DNA of 38,234 bases from a virus. Taxonomy: Duplodnaviria > Caudoviricetes. Of this stretch, positions 36,164 to 38,234 are shown in pieces. The stretch covers positions 1-38,234 of IMG/VR virus record IMGVR_UViG_3300032225_001651; one strand, 5' to 3'. The translations under genes were made by a program, and so were the position numbers. How positions within the stretch are numbered: the stretch's first letter is position 1; each line of letters opens with the position of its first letter. The notes under the pieces are model-generated. The model was not told the origin of the DNA. It saw only the letters and a program-made list of their open reading frames with translations, and made no database searches.

Positions 36164-36628
36164 ATGTCGAAAGCAGTCCAAAGAATAGAGCTAGGTATTC
36201 ACCTCCTTGAAAGCGGCAAGTATCGCGCTCGCGTGGATCGTGGCGGCACTCCGCTTGTTGCCGTTCGTCCAACGCTGGAACTGGCGCAAGAATGGCGACG
36301 TGTGACAATCGCAAACTTTCCAGCGGGCAAGCCCACAGGCATCAGGAGCGGCGATTCTATCCACGATTATACGCCGCAGATAGGCGAGGAAACAAATTAC
36401 GACTGGAGGAAGATTATCAAACGCTACGATCTCCAAGCGGATGAAAGAAAGCGTCTGCGAATGGTCGGGCAATACCTCAAGAACCATTCAGGCCAGACCT
36501 TTGTTTCTGAGGCCATCGGTAAAGCCCTCGCCATGCGTCAAGAGGACGTGATGGAAGCGCTAAAGGTTCTTATTCATCTTAACTGCATTGTGCGCCTTAA
36601 AAACGGGTTCAAATGCGAAGCAGCTTAA
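36164..36628 (+). CDS. Putative DNA-binding protein (AP2-like N-terminus, winged-HTH-like C-terminus)
   Basis: GIHLLESGKYRARV...TLELAQEWR; EAIGKALAMRQEDVMEALKVL. Confidence 0.55.
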   Translation: MSKAVQRIELGIHLLESGKYRARVDRGGTPLVAVRPTLELAQEWRRVTIANFPAGKPTGIRSGDSIHDYTPQIGEETNYDWRKIIKRYDLQADERKRLRMVGQYLKNHSGQTFVSEAIGKALAMRQEDVMEALKVLIHLNCIVRLKNGFKCEAA

Positions 36629-36632
36629 CAGA

Positions 36633-37349
36633 ATGAACGTTATCACTCTCACCCCTGAAGAATTGGCTGGCATTATCGCTAATGCCGTGGCTATCGCTTT
36701 GTCTTCGCGTGACAAAAAGAGCACAGGAGCAGAGCGACAAGCACGTTACAGAGAGCGTCACAAAGCGTCACAAACCGTAACAGGTGCCGCGAGTGCCGCA
36801 AGTGACGCGAGTGACGTAACAAGTGACGCTTGTGACGCGAGTGCCGCGAGTGCCGCAAGTGACGCGAGTGCCGCGAGTGCCGCGAGTGCCGCAAGTGACG
36901 CGAGTGACGTAACAAGTGACGCTTGTGACGTAACAGTGACGCCTAAACCCTCCCCCTCGCCCCCTCCCTCCTCCTCTCTCCCCAAACCCCTCTCTCCTCC
37001 GCCCACCCCCGCACCCCCACCCGCACAACGCGCGAGCGCACCCGTGCGTAAGGAGCCACAGAAAAACCTCATTCCTGAGACTTTTGATCCTCAAGCCGTT
37101 GAAGCGCTGCAACGTTGGGAAGCCTACAAAAAGCAGCGAGGAGAGACTTACAAGCCAATGGGATGGGAAGCGCTTTTGAAGCAGTTAAGCGCCTACCCAA
37201 CCGTTACAATCGTCCATGCAATCGACAATTCGATGAGGTCCAACTACGCCGGGCTTTTCCCCGAAAAAATCAACCAAAGAAACGGCAAACCAGCGCCGAA
37301 ACCGCAACAACCAAACATCCTTGAAGGAATGAAAGTTTTTAAATTATGA
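36633..37349 (+). CDS. Replication initiator (lambda O-like) with internal iterons
   Basis: TGAERQARYRERHK, repeat linker, Pro-rich stretch, C-terminal W.AYKKQR...NYAGLF; precedes a DnaC-like gene; ATG 36633. Confidence 0.75.
   Translation: MNVITLTPEELAGIIANAVAIALSSRDKKSTGAERQARYRERHKASQTVTGAASAASDASDVTSDACDASAASAASDASAASAASAASDASDVTSDACDVTVTPKPSPSPPPSSSLPKPLSPPPTPAPPPAQRASAPVRKEPQKNLIPETFDPQAVEALQRWEAYKKQRGETYKPMGWEALLKQLSAYPTVTIVHAIDNSMRSNYAGLFPEKINQRNGKPAPKPQQPNILEGMKVFKL
36784..36943 (+). repeat. Tandem iteron-like array, 17 GTG(A/C)CG units; probable replication origin
   Basis: 9-mers gtgccgcga, gtgccgcaa, gtgacgcga, gtgacgctt and 11-12-mers gtgacgtaaca(a); inverted gcgtcac copies upstream. 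Confidence 0.85.
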
Positions 37350-38074
37350 TTGATACCAAATCACAAGTTGAGTGCCTCTGCGCTACCTGCAACCAGACCT
37401 TCTACGACGAGGCTATGTCTATCGGTGGCAGGGTAATCAAGCCTAACCAATGCGAAGCCTGCGAGATAGGCGAGAAAGGCAAAGCTACGGCCAAGAATGC
37501 GCGTCCAGTGATCGAGCTAGGCGAGGACTGGCCGGAACGTCAGAAAGGAGCCATAGCAAACCGCAAAGGACAGGCGCTAGAGGTTGCGGGAATGTTTTGG
37601 TCGAAGATGGTTTGCAAAGGTCAAGCGACGATCATTCTGTTTGGCGACAGGGGGCGGGGTAAAACGTGGATAGCCTGCTATTGGGCTTACCTTCGCGGGC
37701 AAGCTGGGGATGATACGGGGATGTATCGCACGGCCTATGACTTCTTTCTTGAGATACGGCAAGCTTGGCGTCAGACATCCAAGGTTTCAGAACGTGAGGC
37801 AATGTTGCCCTATCGCAACACTCCGTTTCTTGTTTTAGATCAGCTTCACCAATGCCGCGCCCTTGATGCTAGTGGCGGTGACAAGGCAGCAATGTGGGAA
37901 CGCATGGCGCTTGCTGACTTACTCGACTATCGGTATCGCGAGCAACTTCTCACGGTGTTGATTGTAACGCTGCCAACCATTGAGGAGGTAGCCGAAGTGA
38001 TTGACGCTGACATTTGGGAGCGCGTGAAAGAGTCTGGCGGGCTTGTGGCCTGTAATTGGGAAAGTTACAGATAA
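37346..38074 (+). CDS. DnaC/IstB-like AAA+ helicase loader
   Basis: CxxC...CxxC, Walker A GDRGRGKT, Walker B FLVLDQL, LLDYRY, ends WESYR. Confidence 0.85.
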   Translation: MIDTKSQVECLCATCNQTFYDEAMSIGGRVIKPNQCEACEIGEKGKATAKNARPVIELGEDWPERQKGAIANRKGQALEVAGMFWSKMVCKGQATIILFGDRGRGKTWIACYWAYLRGQAGDDTGMYRTAYDFFLEIRQAWRQTSKVSEREAMLPYRNTPFLVLDQLHQCRALDASGGDKAAMWERMALADLLDYRYREQLLTVLIVTLPTIEEVAEVIDADIWERVKESGGLVACNWESYR

Positions 38075-38171
38075 CGTCTTGGATCAGACAACCGCGTTAG
38101 CGAACCCATGAAGACGAATACTGAGAAAACTCATAGAGCCAAGGGGGTTGCCTGCATCTGATTTGTTCTGC
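38069..38171 (-). other. attC-like recombination site A (103 bp, spans the circular junction)
   Basis: Minus strand: R'' GCAGAAC, AAATCAG, L'' ATGCAGGC, AACC ... GGTT, L' GTCTGAT, CCAAGAC, R' GTTATCT; shares ATGCAGGCAAC with site B. Confidence 0.75.
38108..38161 (+). CDS. 17-aa mini-ORF crossing the attC-like arm (MKTNTEKTHRAKGVACI)
   Basis: ATG in the attC loop, TGA in the distal arm; parallels 367..420. Confidence 0.3.
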   Translation: MKTNTEKTHRAKGVACI

Positions 38172-38234
38172 CTCAAATTACCCAAGACTATGCCACTCAG
38201 AATCACAATAGAACTCATCCCTCGCGGCGACGAA
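38147..38234 (+). repeat. Terminal direct repeat, right copy
   Basis: Identical to 1-88. Confidence 0.95.

Larger units (their letters stand above)
1..38234. mobile_element. Complete temperate tailed phage (podovirus-type) genome, circularly permuted
   Basis: Terminal 88-bp identity; full packaging, head, tail, lysis, integration, switch and replication modules; no host housekeeping genes. Confidence 0.95.

Noticed and set aside
36784-36943. CRISPR array
   Set aside because: Short tandem units without unique spacers, in frame within a gene; no cas genes.
38147-38234. 88-bp repeat as a biological terminal repeat of the virion DNA
   Set aside because: It starts inside an attC-like site and ends inside an ORF; an assembly overlap of a circular contig is more likely. 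Read-end analysis is needed.

Overview
The window is an apparently complete, circularly assembled temperate podovirus genome. Bases 1-88 repeat at 38147-38234, leaving 38,146 unique bp. The virion module has the T7/BPP-1/epsilon15-type order: terminases, portal, scaffold, capsid, tail tubular proteins A/B, a GNAT-like protein, three internal virion proteins and tail fibres. No RNA or DNA polymerase is present. It is followed by a non-canonical lysis block, a tyrosine integrase with an attP carrying the 3' part of tRNA-Leu(CAA), a divergent ribbon-helix-helix switch with three operators, and a lambdoid recombination/replication block (ERF, RecE-like exonuclease, C5 methyltransferase, SNF2-like helicase, RusA, iteron-bearing initiator, DnaC-like loader). 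The most striking feature spans the circular junction. Two attC-like hairpins and an attI-like site delimit two integron-type gene cassettes inserted at the stop codon of the DnaC-like gene. No integron integrase is recognisable, and the cassette ORFs are inverted relative to the canonical attC orientation. Other notable items are a two-frame (M.EcoHK31I-like) methyltransferase, a RadC/JAB module inside a 2593-aa internal virion protein, and a strand-polarised CGAGGAAACAA motif. All product calls come from motif recognition and synteny by eye; no database search was run.
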